Below, in pieces: positions 1 to 9,423 of a DNA stretch of 64,000 nucleotides. The position numbers were made by a program, and so were the translations under genes. The DNA lies in assembly GCA_027486675.1 (NCBI GenBank), contig JAIXOQ010000017.1, positions 188,231-252,230 of the forward strand. The letters are read 5' to 3'. The DNA is from Pseudomonadota bacterium. Its GTDB lineage: Bacteria; Bdellovibrionota; UBA1018; CAIMNF01. Position 1 is the stretch's first letter. Every line of letters begins with the position of its first letter. The notes under the pieces are model-generated. The model had not been told where the DNA came from. It did not search any database and saw nothing but the letters and a program-made list of their open reading frames with translations.

Positions 1-58
1 ACTACCTTCACAGTCACTATCCCGATCCAACAAACACAGGAGGACTGCAAGGACTAAT

Positions 59-991
59 ATGGAAACGACCTTCGTCACCGAACACTTCAATAAATTTCTT
101 TCGAACTGGTGTTCGGTCATATCCTTGAATTTTGTCGCAGCAAGGATTGATCCGTTTTTCGAAGAGTACGAAAGTGCAGATCTTTTGTTAAATGCAGTGC
201 TTCATGGTTATGACACACACCCGAATTTTAAGGATGCCTTTACTGCTTGGGTGACTTCCCAGCGAGGCGAAAATGCCAAGGGAAGTACATTCGACGGGTG
301 CATCCGCATGGTTGGCCTTAAAACAGCCAAACACTTCCTGACTGCTTGCCTCCTCGGTGAACGCAACCAGTCAAAGTCTCTTCAGCTGGATTCAAAGACT
401 CTTCTTTTCCCAAAGCCCCTCAATCAAACCCTTCTTTACTCAACTCTTGCCCAACAAACCTTTGGGGATGGAACACGCTACCACGATACAGTTTATCCAC
501 TCGGACTCTTCTTTGACTTCCTCCAGATGTACATCGAGATCCATGCAAAGGCTGAAGAGAAGAAAAAAATTGAAGTTTTCTTAAAGAGTCGTTTTGACCT
601 AGCGCTAGCATCGTCAAAGAGAGCTATCGAGCTGATGCGGAATAGCGAAAGGATGATTCTTGAACGAGATGTGATTCCTTTGATTTTTCTAGATTGTGCA
701 TCTCAAGGAATATTTGCGTTCTTTGATTCCTCGTACCCAGATTTCATTTCCATCATAGAAAAGAAGCGACTCCCCCCTTCCCTATCGAACTACGCGGAAC
801 GGCTGAGATTCGGAACCCACCACAGTCAGCTGGGAAATGCTTCCATCCCTGCGCTCCCGCAATTTAAGCCTCTTTCCCGTGCAATCTATAGCTTGCACGC
901 GCCTCACACGCTCAATCGCGCACAGGATATCGACATCAAAGACTTAGTGACTGTTGTGACTCAGGCTCTCTCCATGAAAGAGGCAGCCTAA
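59..991 (+). CDS. Degenerate HDOD-like signal transduction protein
   Basis: 310-aa ORF with SD-like GGAGG/AAGGA upstream. 'CIRMVGLKTAKHFL', 'LGLFFDF' and 'ERLRFGTHHSQLG' resemble the HDOD motifs AIxxLG, GLLHDIG and ExxxxGxxHxxxG; the HD dyad is not conserved. Confidence 0.55.
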   Translation: METTFVTEHFNKFLSNWCSVISLNFVAARIDPFFEEYESADLLLNAVLHGYDTHPNFKDAFTAWVTSQRGENAKGSTFDGCIRMVGLKTAKHFLTACLLGERNQSKSLQLDSKTLLFPKPLNQTLLYSTLAQQTFGDGTRYHDTVYPLGLFFDFLQMYIEIHAKAEEKKKIEVFLKSRFDLALASSKRAIELMRNSERMILERDVIPLIFLDCASQGIFAFFDSSYPDFISIIEKKRLPPSLSNYAERLRFGTHHSQLGNASIPALPQFKPLSRAIYSLHAPHTLNRAQDIDIKDLVTVVTQALSMKEAA

Positions 992-992
992 T

Positions 993-1610
993 ATGAAGTT
1001 GAAATTAGAGACTTTTACCGAGATCACGATTCTGAAAGTTTTTGACCCAATCCCAGGCACGAAGATCGATATACTCCTTGCTGGTTTAAACAAGCTGAAG
1101 GAACTCAAATCAAGATGGCTTATTATTGACCTAACCCACGCGTCGCCAGACGAGAATACACTCAGGAAGCTCATCGCTATCCGCCCGATGCTTGAATCCA
1201 TGTTAAAAGGACTGATCTTAGTAGGTCCTTCAGTAGACCTGTGCCAACACCAAGACTTTCGTGATGCCTTGATGGAGTGTCAAAAGGGCGGTTCTCAGGA
1301 GGCCAGATTCCTCATGGAAAAATGGGATCTTGAGCAGACGGTGGCGGAGCTTGAACAAAAGAAGCGATTAGGCCAAGAAGGGGACTATGCATCCATGAGT
1401 GAGGAAGACAGAAAGACGGAGATCGCAAGGCTTCGAAGAGAAACCTACAGGCTTAAGAAGCTCCAATCCTTCTATATCGACAACATGGTGGCTCGTGCTT
1501 TTTATGCCGAAGGCCCAAAAGAATACAGTGAAGCTACGATTCAGCTCAAGGAGCGATGCATCGAGTTCTTTCAAGACCTACAACTGCTTAAGAAAGGATC
1601 GTCTGCATGA
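993..1610 (+). CDS. Protein with STAS-like N-terminus and C-terminal coiled coil
   Basis: Starts 1 nt after the upstream stop. N-terminus 'ITILKV...LIIDLTHA...LILVG...FRDAL' follows the STAS beta/alpha pattern; charged heptad-like C-half. Confidence 0.5.
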   Translation: MKLKLETFTEITILKVFDPIPGTKIDILLAGLNKLKELKSRWLIIDLTHASPDENTLRKLIAIRPMLESMLKGLILVGPSVDLCQHQDFRDALMECQKGGSQEARFLMEKWDLEQTVAELEQKKRLGQEGDYASMSEEDRKTEIARLRRETYRLKKLQSFYIDNMVARAFYAEGPKEYSEATIQLKERCIEFFQDLQLLKKGSSA

Positions 1611-1915
1611 ACCCCTACGACCCACTCTACCCCCGTCCGATCATTGCGCATCTGAAGAAGATGATTCAGAAACTGCAAAAGGAGGTCACCTCGGTGGATC
1701 CGATCATTCTTGAAATGGATCAATTGAAGAGGAAGAACGAACAGATTAAAAAAGAGATTGCCCAGATCGAGGGAAGGTGGCTCATGGGATGCAATAAGGA
1801 CGACCTGTTAGCACAAAACCTCTATGAAGGAGTACAGGCACAAACCCTCTTAACAGAAATCGAATTAGCGGAAGCTCAGGAATTTCCAGATCATTCGAAG
1901 GAGAAATCAAAATGA
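1607..1915 (+). CDS. Hypothetical coiled-coil protein
   Basis: 102 aa, ATGA overlaps with both neighbours (translational coupling). Confidence 0.65.
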   Translation: MNPYDPLYPRPIIAHLKKMIQKLQKEVTSVDPIILEMDQLKRKNEQIKKEIAQIEGRWLMGCNKDDLLAQNLYEGVQAQTLLTEIELAEAQEFPDHSKEKSK

Positions 1916-2307
1916 CAGCGAAGTCAGTACTTTTTGTCGATGACGAAGTCCCGGTCTTAAATGCCTTAAAACGTCTGGTAGGAAACCTCGGATATGAGGT
2001 TCTGACCTGCGATTCGCCTCTCGAAGCACTCACGTTACTCAAGTCGCGCTCCATTCATCTCATCGTCTCAGACTACCGTATGCCTAAGATGACTGGTGCT
2101 GAGTTCCTGAGGGAGGTACGGAAATTGCGCCCGGAAAGTGTTCGCTTAGTACTTTCAGGCTATGCGGATGCTCAGGTCGTGACCGAGATGATTGAAAAGG
2201 GGGAAATATTTCGTTTCCTCATGAAACCCTGGGATGCACAGGAACTCAAGGCTGCAATTGAGGATGGGTTTGCACATCAGGAAAGAATGTCTTTCCTGAA
2301 AACTTAA
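1912..2307 (+). CDS. Single-domain response regulator (receiver)
   Basis: VLFVDDE, phosphoacceptor in 'SDYRMPKMTG', 'LSG', 'KPW'. Confidence 0.95.
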   Translation: MTAKSVLFVDDEVPVLNALKRLVGNLGYEVLTCDSPLEALTLLKSRSIHLIVSDYRMPKMTGAEFLREVRKLRPESVRLVLSGYADAQVVTEMIEKGEIFRFLMKPWDAQELKAAIEDGFAHQERMSFLKT

Positions 2308-2717
2308 AGCTGCGGACCAAGCAGAACCTTGATCCAACGTACATAACGATCATCTTGAACGGGCTTTTCTAAGAATATGAGGTTCTCAAGCAACGCAGGA
2401 TGCACACACTCTGCTTCATCCCGAAATCCCGTGAGAAGAAGAATCTTAGCAAATTGATTGGGGCCGGCGGTGGTACGAATCATTTTAACCAGATCCATGC
2501 CCGTCAATATCGGCATACGGTGGTCAAGTGATATTGCATCAAAAGATTGAGTTTGAATTCTTTTTAGTGCCTCCGTTGGATCATTGAAGGTCTCCACGTG
2601 GCAATTGAAATGCTCTTCTAAAATGAGCTTGAGGAGCCGCGTCATTTTCGGTTCATCATCGACGATAGCAATCCTACAAGATTCGGAATCTTCCACACTG
2701 CACCGCCTTAACTTCAT
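2304..2717 (-). CDS. Single-domain response regulator (receiver); true start may be GTG at 2696
   Basis: IAIVDDE, 'LDHRMPILTG', 'LLTG', 'EKP'. Confidence 0.9.
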   Translation of the reverse strand: MKLRRCSVEDSESCRIAIVDDEPKMTRLLKLILEEHFNCHVETFNDPTEALKRIQTQSFDAISLDHRMPILTGMDLVKMIRTTAGPNQFAKILLLTGFRDEAECVHPALLENLIFLEKPVQDDRYVRWIKVLLGPQL

Positions 2718-2743
2718 TATCGACCGGGGACTTCATCTACTAA
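2717..2743 (-). promoter_or_regulatory. Putative sigma28 (FliA)-type promoter
   Basis: Minus strand TTAG-N15-GTCGATAA, compared with consensus TAAA-N15-GCCGATAA. Confidence 0.4.
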
Positions 2744-2773
2744 AGCAAAGACTTCTTATGATTCGATTTTCCC

Positions 2774-2801
2774 TCAGTCTCGGAGTGGAAAGAACCGATA
2801 G
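2774..2801 (+). promoter_or_regulatory. Putative sigma28-type promoter of the histidine kinase gene
   Basis: TCAG-N16-ACCGATAG ending 12 nt before ATG 2814. Confidence 0.4.
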
Positions 2802-2813
2802 AGCCTTAACTCC

Positions 2814-4211
2814 ATGTTTACAAAGTCTATAACCAGATTGACTACATTCTGCAGAGAACGACGATCTCTTTTCGTACCCACTCTTGCGCTTTTCCTCTGT
2901 TACATGGCCGCCGGTGCACTGGCGCGATACTCCTATGTTAGCAGCAGTCACGACGCACTGCGAAACCAGAGACTCCGCAGCATCACAGGAAAAATTTTTG
3001 ATTACTCCTCTGAGAACTACCATACACAGCTCGATTTTAAGATCTTTGTACAGAACCCGACTCGGGATTTTATTAACCATTTTAAGATTCACGAATCTGA
3101 TCTCTCTTTGAAGCAGTTAGAACTAGAAAAAACTTTAAACACACTGCGGGATGAGCTGGATCCGAAAACTATTTCGCTCTTCAAAGAGATTAAAAATCAC
3201 CAAGCAAAAACAGTTCAGCTTTGGAGTTTAGCGATCAGCAATTTCAATACGACGAGAAACTTGAACCGCTTGCGAGACCGCGTCACTTTATCGTCGATCG
3301 ATTTTGAGGTCTCAGAGTTTTTTCAAAAGTTAAAGGAGATGTCCGAGCTACATACCCTCCATGTCGATGCGGTTGCTACCCAAAATCGAAATGCGGTGGA
3401 TCGACGGCTACTGCTTTACGGAATCCTTGCTACCTGCGTCTTTTTTCTGCTGCTCTACATCATTGTCTCATCCATCCGCAGAGAAAGAACTCTAGTCAAC
3501 CAGTTGGTGCAGAACGAAAAGCTTTCATCCTTGGGTCAAATGAGCGCAGGCATAGCCCACGAGCTGAACACCCCGCTGATGTACATTCAAGGGTACGCAG
3601 GCAGGATTCGCTCTACATTACGGAAATCGAAAATCGAGCTTCCATCCCTTTCAGAATACCTTTCTGAGGTGGACGAAGGGATAGAACGCATGTCCTTGAT
3701 CATTGGCCATCTCAGAGAGTTTGCACGCAAAGACGACAAGAATAAGAAACCGTTTTCCCCTGAGAAGTCTATCTCACGTGCATTTGATTTCTTTAATGAA
3801 CAATTGGCTCAACAAGGTATCGACGTCCAACTTTTACTAGATGCGGGTGGCATGAAAATATTAGGAACGGCAAATCGGTTCGAACAAATCTTTATCAATC
3901 TGATCTCTAATGCTCGGGATGCGCTCCAGTCCATGCCGGAGAACCGCAACAAATATATCCGGGTGGTTTGTCAAAGCGTCGACCGTAACATTGCAATTCG
4001 TTTTGAGGATAATGGTCCGGGTATCCCTCAGGAAAAATTTAACCTTGTCTTTGAGCCCTTCTACACCACAAAACCTATGGGAAGTGGTACCGGCCTTGGT
4101 TTATCGATTGTGCATGAAATCGTGAATGAACACCGCGGCAAGATCACACTCAACTCAAACCCAAGGACCGGAACTGTGTTTACAATCGTCGTCCCAGGCG
4201 TAGAACCTTAG
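2814..4211 (+). CDS. Membrane sensor histidine kinase (NtrB-like HisKA + HATPase_c)
   Basis: Two TM segments; H-box 'AGIAHELNTPL', N-box 'INLISNARDA', G-boxes 'DNGPGI', 'FEPFYTTK', 'GTGLGL'. Confidence 0.95.
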   Translation: MFTKSITRLTTFCRERRSLFVPTLALFLCYMAAGALARYSYVSSSHDALRNQRLRSITGKIFDYSSENYHTQLDFKIFVQNPTRDFINHFKIHESDLSLKQLELEKTLNTLRDELDPKTISLFKEIKNHQAKTVQLWSLAISNFNTTRNLNRLRDRVTLSSIDFEVSEFFQKLKEMSELHTLHVDAVATQNRNAVDRRLLLYGILATCVFFLLLYIIVSSIRRERTLVNQLVQNEKLSSLGQMSAGIAHELNTPLMYIQGYAGRIRSTLRKSKIELPSLSEYLSEVDEGIERMSLIIGHLREFARKDDKNKKPFSPEKSISRAFDFFNEQLAQQGIDVQLLLDAGGMKILGTANRFEQIFINLISNARDALQSMPENRNKYIRVVCQSVDRNIAIRFEDNGPGIPQEKFNLVFEPFYTTKPMGSGTGLGLSIVHEIVNEHRGKITLNSNPRTGTVFTIVVPGVEP

Positions 4212-5284
4212 GAAGAACGAAAGAATTCACTCTTCAAATATGAATCCCGGCAATCCGCCAATAGAACCTTCGTAATCCCACCTAGCGGAATGGCAATCAA
4301 CATTGCCGCAAATCCACCCAAGTTCCCCGCCACCATCAAGACCATGATGGTCTCAAGCGCCGTTAACCCGACCCGATCCCCTACAATGCTTGGGGTGATC
4401 ACAAAACTCTCTAACGATTGGCCTATAAGAAAAACAAGCCAGACCCACAAAACAGATGTGATCTGATCGAAGTTCGCGAGTCCTACGAGTGTCGCGACAA
4501 CCGCGCCTAACCCTGGACCAACATAAGGGACTGCGTGCAAAAAGCCAGTCGCAAGCCCAATCAAGAAGCCGTACCGCAAACCGACTATTGTGTATCCAAT
4601 GCCGTAAATAGACCCTACCGTGATCGCCACGATCAGCTGTCCACGAAAGTAGCCTCCTACAATCTCATTCATTCGCTTACCCATTTTTTTGAACCACGCG
4701 CGATTTCTCACTGGAATGAGCGCTGAAACAGATTTAACAAGACGGTGGTGTTCGACCGTAAAGAAGAAATAGAAAACAGGTATTAGGAGAAAGTTGAAAA
4801 CAAAGAAGACAGTAGCCAGGGCACTTGAGAACGCTTTCCCAAAAACCTGAGTTGCAGATTTGAAAATATCAAAATTGATCCCTGAGGAATCAGAAGCTAA
4901 CTCCATCAGATCAGCCCGAGTAACAGGCAGCTCAAATCCAAAATAAAGCGCTATAGCATTAGTACGAAGGAGCACCACATCAATAATGCGAGGCAGATCT
5001 GCAATCAGACCCCTACACTCCCGAACTAGAAAAGGCACGAAAATCATCAGAAAAACAGCAGCGAAGAGCAGTGACGTCAAGAGAACCAGAAGTGCCGCCA
5101 CACCTGCCGTAACGCCTTTCCCCTCAAGCTTTTGAACCACCGGGTAAAGCAGATAAGAAAGCAAAGCCGCTAGAAACACTGGTATTAGGGCTGCGCCTAG
5201 ACCAGAGAAGATCACTAAAGCGACAAGAAGAAGAGTGGTTAGATACGCTACCCCAATGAATCGATTTTCCATATTCTCACTCAC
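4208..5284 (-). CDS. AI-2E (PerM/TqsA) family transporter
   Basis: Polytopic membrane protein with 'LLSYLLYPVV', 'GYFRGQL', 'VPYVG', 'ESFVITPSIVGDRVGL', 'GFAAMLIAIP'. Confidence 0.9.
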   Translation of the reverse strand: MSENMENRFIGVAYLTTLLLVALVIFSGLGAALIPVFLAALLSYLLYPVVQKLEGKGVTAGVAALLVLLTSLLFAAVFLMIFVPFLVRECRGLIADLPRIIDVVLLRTNAIALYFGFELPVTRADLMELASDSSGINFDIFKSATQVFGKAFSSALATVFFVFNFLLIPVFYFFFTVEHHRLVKSVSALIPVRNRAWFKKMGKRMNEIVGGYFRGQLIVAITVGSIYGIGYTIVGLRYGFLIGLATGFLHAVPYVGPGLGAVVATLVGLANFDQITSVLWVWLVFLIGQSLESFVITPSIVGDRVGLTALETIMVLMVAGNLGGFAAMLIAIPLGGITKVLLADCRDSYLKSEFFRSS

Positions 5285-7500
5285 TCTTTCAACACAGCTT
5301 CAAGTTCAATCAAGTGTTTGGTCCAAACCGAAGCATGGGCTCTAAACTCTGGAACTGCGCTACGGATTAGCACAAAGACGTATTTAGATAAAATCAGTGA
5401 ATCTAGGGCAACCCGTGAAGCCCGAAACCAATTTGAATCACTGTGGTTTGTACCTGTCACTTTTTCATAAATACTCTTATGGGAGAGGATGAGTTCCTTA
5501 AGGGTTCCTTGCGGTGCTCCAAGATACGCGATCAGCTCCAGCACATCCCTTTGTGGATAATCGAACCCTGCCCACTGCCAACCTAAGATCAACGCACCAC
5601 GATCTTTCGTGAATAAGATTTTTGAGGGCTTGAGATTGTTGTGCACCACCACACGACTTACGGAGGATTCTTGCGTGAGATTTTCTGAAGATCGCAAAAT
5701 CGCACGCTCGATGAGGCCCCTCCGACCTTCTTCCAGAGGCAAGCTCCCTCCGTGTTCGAGGAACAATTTAGAAAACTCCAAATAGAGCTGCGATGAGTGG
5801 CTGACCCCTAGATCACCGTGAACCTGTACTTCTTGCTGCGTTAAAATCTTCTGCGCCTGTGAAAGTGCCTCAAAGACCTGAGAGAATCGATCTTTTGGCA
5901 TGAACTCTGACGGGTCCATGTGCGGAACCAGCCGTTCCTGTGAAACGTACTCAGTTCCCATCATGTTGAAGTCGTGATCTGAGTCATCAGACTGCATAAA
6001 CACTACGGGCATATGTTTAAACCCAGCAGACGAAAGTGCGCTGTAAATCTTCCTCTCGCGGCGGCTTACCCCTACGAACTCAGTACTTCCTTGAATACGG
6101 CAAAACTCTTTTAAAAGGAGCGGTGACACACTTCCCGTCAACTTATACAGAGTATTGAGTACATCCGTATCGCTTGGCTTAAAGCTCAGAACAACTCGCT
6201 GTTCAACGCCTTCCCGCTTCCATACTGAAGTATTGTCATCGAGGGACGACTCAAATTGGAACCCCGTTTGATGAGAAAGCCACTGTTCTTTTGTGAGCCT
6301 ATCTTTCGGCCGGTTGCGCCCCATGCGTTCATGCGCCATTGCGAACTCCCCGTTCACCATCGCCGAAAAAGTGGAAAGCTCTAGTCCGAGCGCAAATCCT
6401 GCTATCAAACTTGCGAATCGTTCAATCTTCCCCGCTCCATCACAGCCCATGAGTTTTAAGGCCTGGTTAAAATGAGGGAGACTAGTGCCGCCTCCAACTG
6501 TGCCGATCACAAGCCTGGGCAGATTGAGACACACGTAGAGGTCACCATCACGATCTTCGGCATGCATAAAACCGGTGCTCGATTCATGGACACAAGCCAC
6601 GTCTTGGCCGGTCGCTAAAAAGAGGGCTGCAATCGAGTTCGCTACGTTGACGTTGTGGCCAACGGAACCATCAAAACTGGAAAGGTGTTTTCCCCAAAGA
6701 CCCCAATCTAAAAATTCCTTAGCGGTCACTTTCAAAGTCTTCTTCAACACGGCTTCCGGAATAACCGCTTCGCAAGTGACATGAACTCCGCGCCCACTGC
6801 CGATCTGATAGTAGGACACCTTTTTATCTGATGAACCGTTACAATCTAAAATGAACTTTTGAATTCTAAATGTGTGTTCGCGATTGAAGTCCTCTTCGAT
6901 CTTAAGACACGCATGCCAAGTGCAAGTCGTAGTCATGTTTTGTCCGGCTGCATCACCTGACGAGTATGAAAATTTACACTCGACCATGGATCCGACAATC
7001 AAGGACCTGATTTCAAGAAGTTCCGCGTGTTTAGAAAACTGCTTCACGTAAGCCGTGAGTTCTGGAACACGTGCCTTAAGCCAAGACTCAAACACCACAG
7101 CCTCTTGCAAAGAGCTGAATCGAAAAGCAGGGGCCCGCATCATCTTTTGGTGAATGACGTGTGCCTTAAATCCTCCCGACTGACTCAGGACGTAAGCGCC
7201 ACGGGTCATACTTGCGATGAGTGCGCCTTCGCTGGTTGCGGCTAATGCAAACACGGATTCCACTTTTTCGGTCGCACCCTGCCCAGTCCGATAGAGAAGC
7301 GGTCCTACAACTCCGGTTGGAACCGCTGTGCAGCCAATAAATCCCTCAATATTTGATGAAACATCCTCCGCTTGGATTGGGGATTCTAAAAACGCAGACA
7401 AATCCGCCCCAAGCAACGACAGAGCCCCTAAACGCGCTTGTCTCGCTTCTTCGTCGTGCCTAGACCGCATGCTTGCTAAGATCTTAAGTGAGTCGCTCAT
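5281..7500 (-). CDS. Class I HMG-CoA reductase fused to a C-terminal APH/choline-kinase-like (pseudo)kinase domain
   Basis: HMGR motifs NIEGFIG, ATSEGAL, GDAAGQNM, NGSSDKK, TGQD, GTVGGGT and AHERMG. C-terminal HNNLKPSKILF...ILGWQWAGFDYPQRD resembles the APH fold. Start set at ATG 7500 (SD AGAGGA); ORF track extends to 7623. Confidence 0.85.
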   Translation of the reverse strand: MSDSLKILASMRSRHDEEARQARLGALSLLGADLSAFLESPIQAEDVSSNIEGFIGCTAVPTGVVGPLLYRTGQGATEKVESVFALAATSEGALIASMTRGAYVLSQSGGFKAHVIHQKMMRAPAFRFSSLQEAVVFESWLKARVPELTAYVKQFSKHAELLEIRSLIVGSMVECKFSYSSGDAAGQNMTTTCTWHACLKIEEDFNREHTFRIQKFILDCNGSSDKKVSYYQIGSGRGVHVTCEAVIPEAVLKKTLKVTAKEFLDWGLWGKHLSSFDGSVGHNVNVANSIAALFLATGQDVACVHESSTGFMHAEDRDGDLYVCLNLPRLVIGTVGGGTSLPHFNQALKLMGCDGAGKIERFASLIAGFALGLELSTFSAMVNGEFAMAHERMGRNRPKDRLTKEQWLSHQTGFQFESSLDDNTSVWKREGVEQRVVLSFKPSDTDVLNTLYKLTGSVSPLLLKEFCRIQGSTEFVGVSRRERKIYSALSSAGFKHMPVVFMQSDDSDHDFNMMGTEYVSQERLVPHMDPSEFMPKDRFSQVFEALSQAQKILTQQEVQVHGDLGVSHSSQLYLEFSKLFLEHGGSLPLEEGRRGLIERAILRSSENLTQESSVSRVVVHNNLKPSKILFTKDRGALILGWQWAGFDYPQRDVLELIAYLGAPQGTLKELILSHKSIYEKVTGTNHSDSNWFRASRVALDSLILSKYVFVLIRSAVPEFRAHASVWTKHLIELEAVLKE

Positions 7501-7574
7501 AGGGTACATTCCTCTCTTAGGAACTTCCGATGAGATCAGAAATACATAAAATTGGATAGGATCTGAACAACACC

Positions 7575-9392
7575 ATGGCCGAGCTTCTGCAACTACAGGG
7601 CGTTTCGAAATCTTTTGGCCCAAAAGAGCTCTTCCGCGATGCCACGTTTTCCGTAGCTGAGGGCGAGCACGTCGGAGTCATAGGGCCCAATGGCGCTGGC
7701 AAAACCACACTGTTTAAGATCCTGATTGGGGCCGAAGCGCTGGACTACGGGGATATCATCCAGTCCCGTAAGCTTCGTTTGGGTTATCTCTCCCAGCACG
7801 ACACTTGGGAGCCTACGGAAACTCCTGAGACCTTCCTGTCTAAAGACTGTGTCCTCCCTCTCTGGACATTAAAACAACTCGCGATAGGACTTGGCCTCAC
7901 ACCTGAACACTTCGACTTGCCGATCTCAAGCTTAAGCGGCGGCTACCGGATGCGAATCAAGCTTTTGTACCTCATCGGCCAAGACCCGAATCTGATGTTG
8001 CTCGATGAACCCACCAACTATCTGGATCTAGAAACCCTGATGGTCCTTGAGAACTTTCTCCAAGGATATTCTGGCGCTTTCCTGTTGATCTCCCACGATC
8101 GCGAGTTCCTCCGCCGAACCACCTCTCAGACCTTAGAAGTAGAAAGCGGCGATATCACAAAATATCCCGGCAACATCGATGACTACTTCGAACAAAAAGC
8201 CCTCTTAAGGACCCAGCTTTCGGCAAGAGCCACAAGCCTGGCTGACAAGAGGAAAGAAGTCTTAGACTTCGTCGCCCGTTTCGGCGCAAAGGCGAGTAAG
8301 GCAAGCCAGGCGCAGTCCAGGTTGAAGTCGCTCGATAAGATGGAGACCATCGAACTCAAACCCCTACCCGTACGAGCACAGATCCGTATCCCAAAACCTC
8401 CCCGCACGGGAAAACTAGTGATGGATCTAAAAAAGATCAACATGGGGTACCCAGGAAAAACAGTAATCGCGGATGTGAATGTGCAAATTTCCAATGGCGA
8501 TCATATCGCGGTCGTTGGACTCAACGGTGCTGGAAAATCCACTCTCTTAAAGACGCTGACGCGTGAGATTCCACCTCTAAAAGGCAGTATAGACTACGGG
8601 TATGAAGTGACCGTTGGGTACTACGCTCAGCACGTCACGGAGAGACTAAACTTAGATCACACGGTCATGGACGCGATGAAAGCAAAAGCGCATCCGTCGG
8701 TGCTGCCACAAGAAGTGATGAATCTTGCAGGTTCGCTGCTGTTTTCAGGAAATGACATCTATAAAAAAGTGTCCCTCCTATCCGGCGGAGAACGCGCCCG
8801 CGTTGCACTGGGCCAAATTCTGCTCCAAAAGTGTACCTGTTTGATCTTAGATGAACCCACCAACCACTTAGACTTCGACACCGTAGAGGCTTTAACGCAG
8901 GCTTTGGCTGATTATCCGGGTACTGTCATTATCGTGAGCCACGACCGAAGTTTCACGCGTCGCATCGGGAACAAAATCCTTGAGATCAATCATGGAAGCC
9001 TGTCGATTCACTTCGGGACCTATGACGACTATGTGTGGAGAATTCAAAACGAAGCTTTAGGCACTCTGAAGACACAAAAACCCGAAAAGAAGAGAACGGA
9101 CTTGGCGGATTCCCCTTCTAAACCATCCACTGGGGCTCAAGCACGTGAGGAACAAAAACAAAGGGAAAAACAGCTTAGGCAGCTCGAACGAACGATCGAA
9201 AATATAGGATCTCAAATGGAAGTCCTGAGCCAAAAGATCTCAGCCTTAAACAGTGAATTAACCCAAGCAAATGCAGCGGAAGTGCCGAAGCTTCTGAATG
9301 CCCTGAATGCCGCACAAACAGAGCTCCATCCCCTGGAAGAGCGCTGGATTGAGCTGAGTGAAAAACGTGAGAAAATCCTAATTGTGAAGTGA
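7575..9392 (+). CDS. ABC-F family ATP-binding protein
   Basis: Two ABC domains ([41 protein letters not shown]), no TM segments, C-terminal coiled coil. Confidence 0.95.
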   Translation: MAELLQLQGVSKSFGPKELFRDATFSVAEGEHVGVIGPNGAGKTTLFKILIGAEALDYGDIIQSRKLRLGYLSQHDTWEPTETPETFLSKDCVLPLWTLKQLAIGLGLTPEHFDLPISSLSGGYRMRIKLLYLIGQDPNLMLLDEPTNYLDLETLMVLENFLQGYSGAFLLISHDREFLRRTTSQTLEVESGDITKYPGNIDDYFEQKALLRTQLSARATSLADKRKEVLDFVARFGAKASKASQAQSRLKSLDKMETIELKPLPVRAQIRIPKPPRTGKLVMDLKKINMGYPGKTVIADVNVQISNGDHIAVVGLNGAGKSTLLKTLTREIPPLKGSIDYGYEVTVGYYAQHVTERLNLDHTVMDAMKAKAHPSVLPQEVMNLAGSLLFSGNDIYKKVSLLSGGERARVALGQILLQKCTCLILDEPTNHLDFDTVEALTQALADYPGTVIIVSHDRSFTRRIGNKILEINHGSLSIHFGTYDDYVWRIQNEALGTLKTQKPEKKRTDLADSPSKPSTGAQAREEQKQREKQLRQLERTIENIGSQMEVLSQKISALNSELTQANAAEVPKLLNALNAAQTELHPLEERWIELSEKREKILIVK

Positions 9393-9423
9393 CACCCTTT
9401 TGCGCGAAGATGGAGACAATCTT

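Noticed and set aside
7501..7623. N-terminal extensions in the ORF track (HMGR, tldD, ivd, rlmN, nadB, dhs, HAD and others)
   Set aside because: They overlap neighbouring genes or promoters, and homology-like sequence begins at downstream starts with an SD or -10 box.
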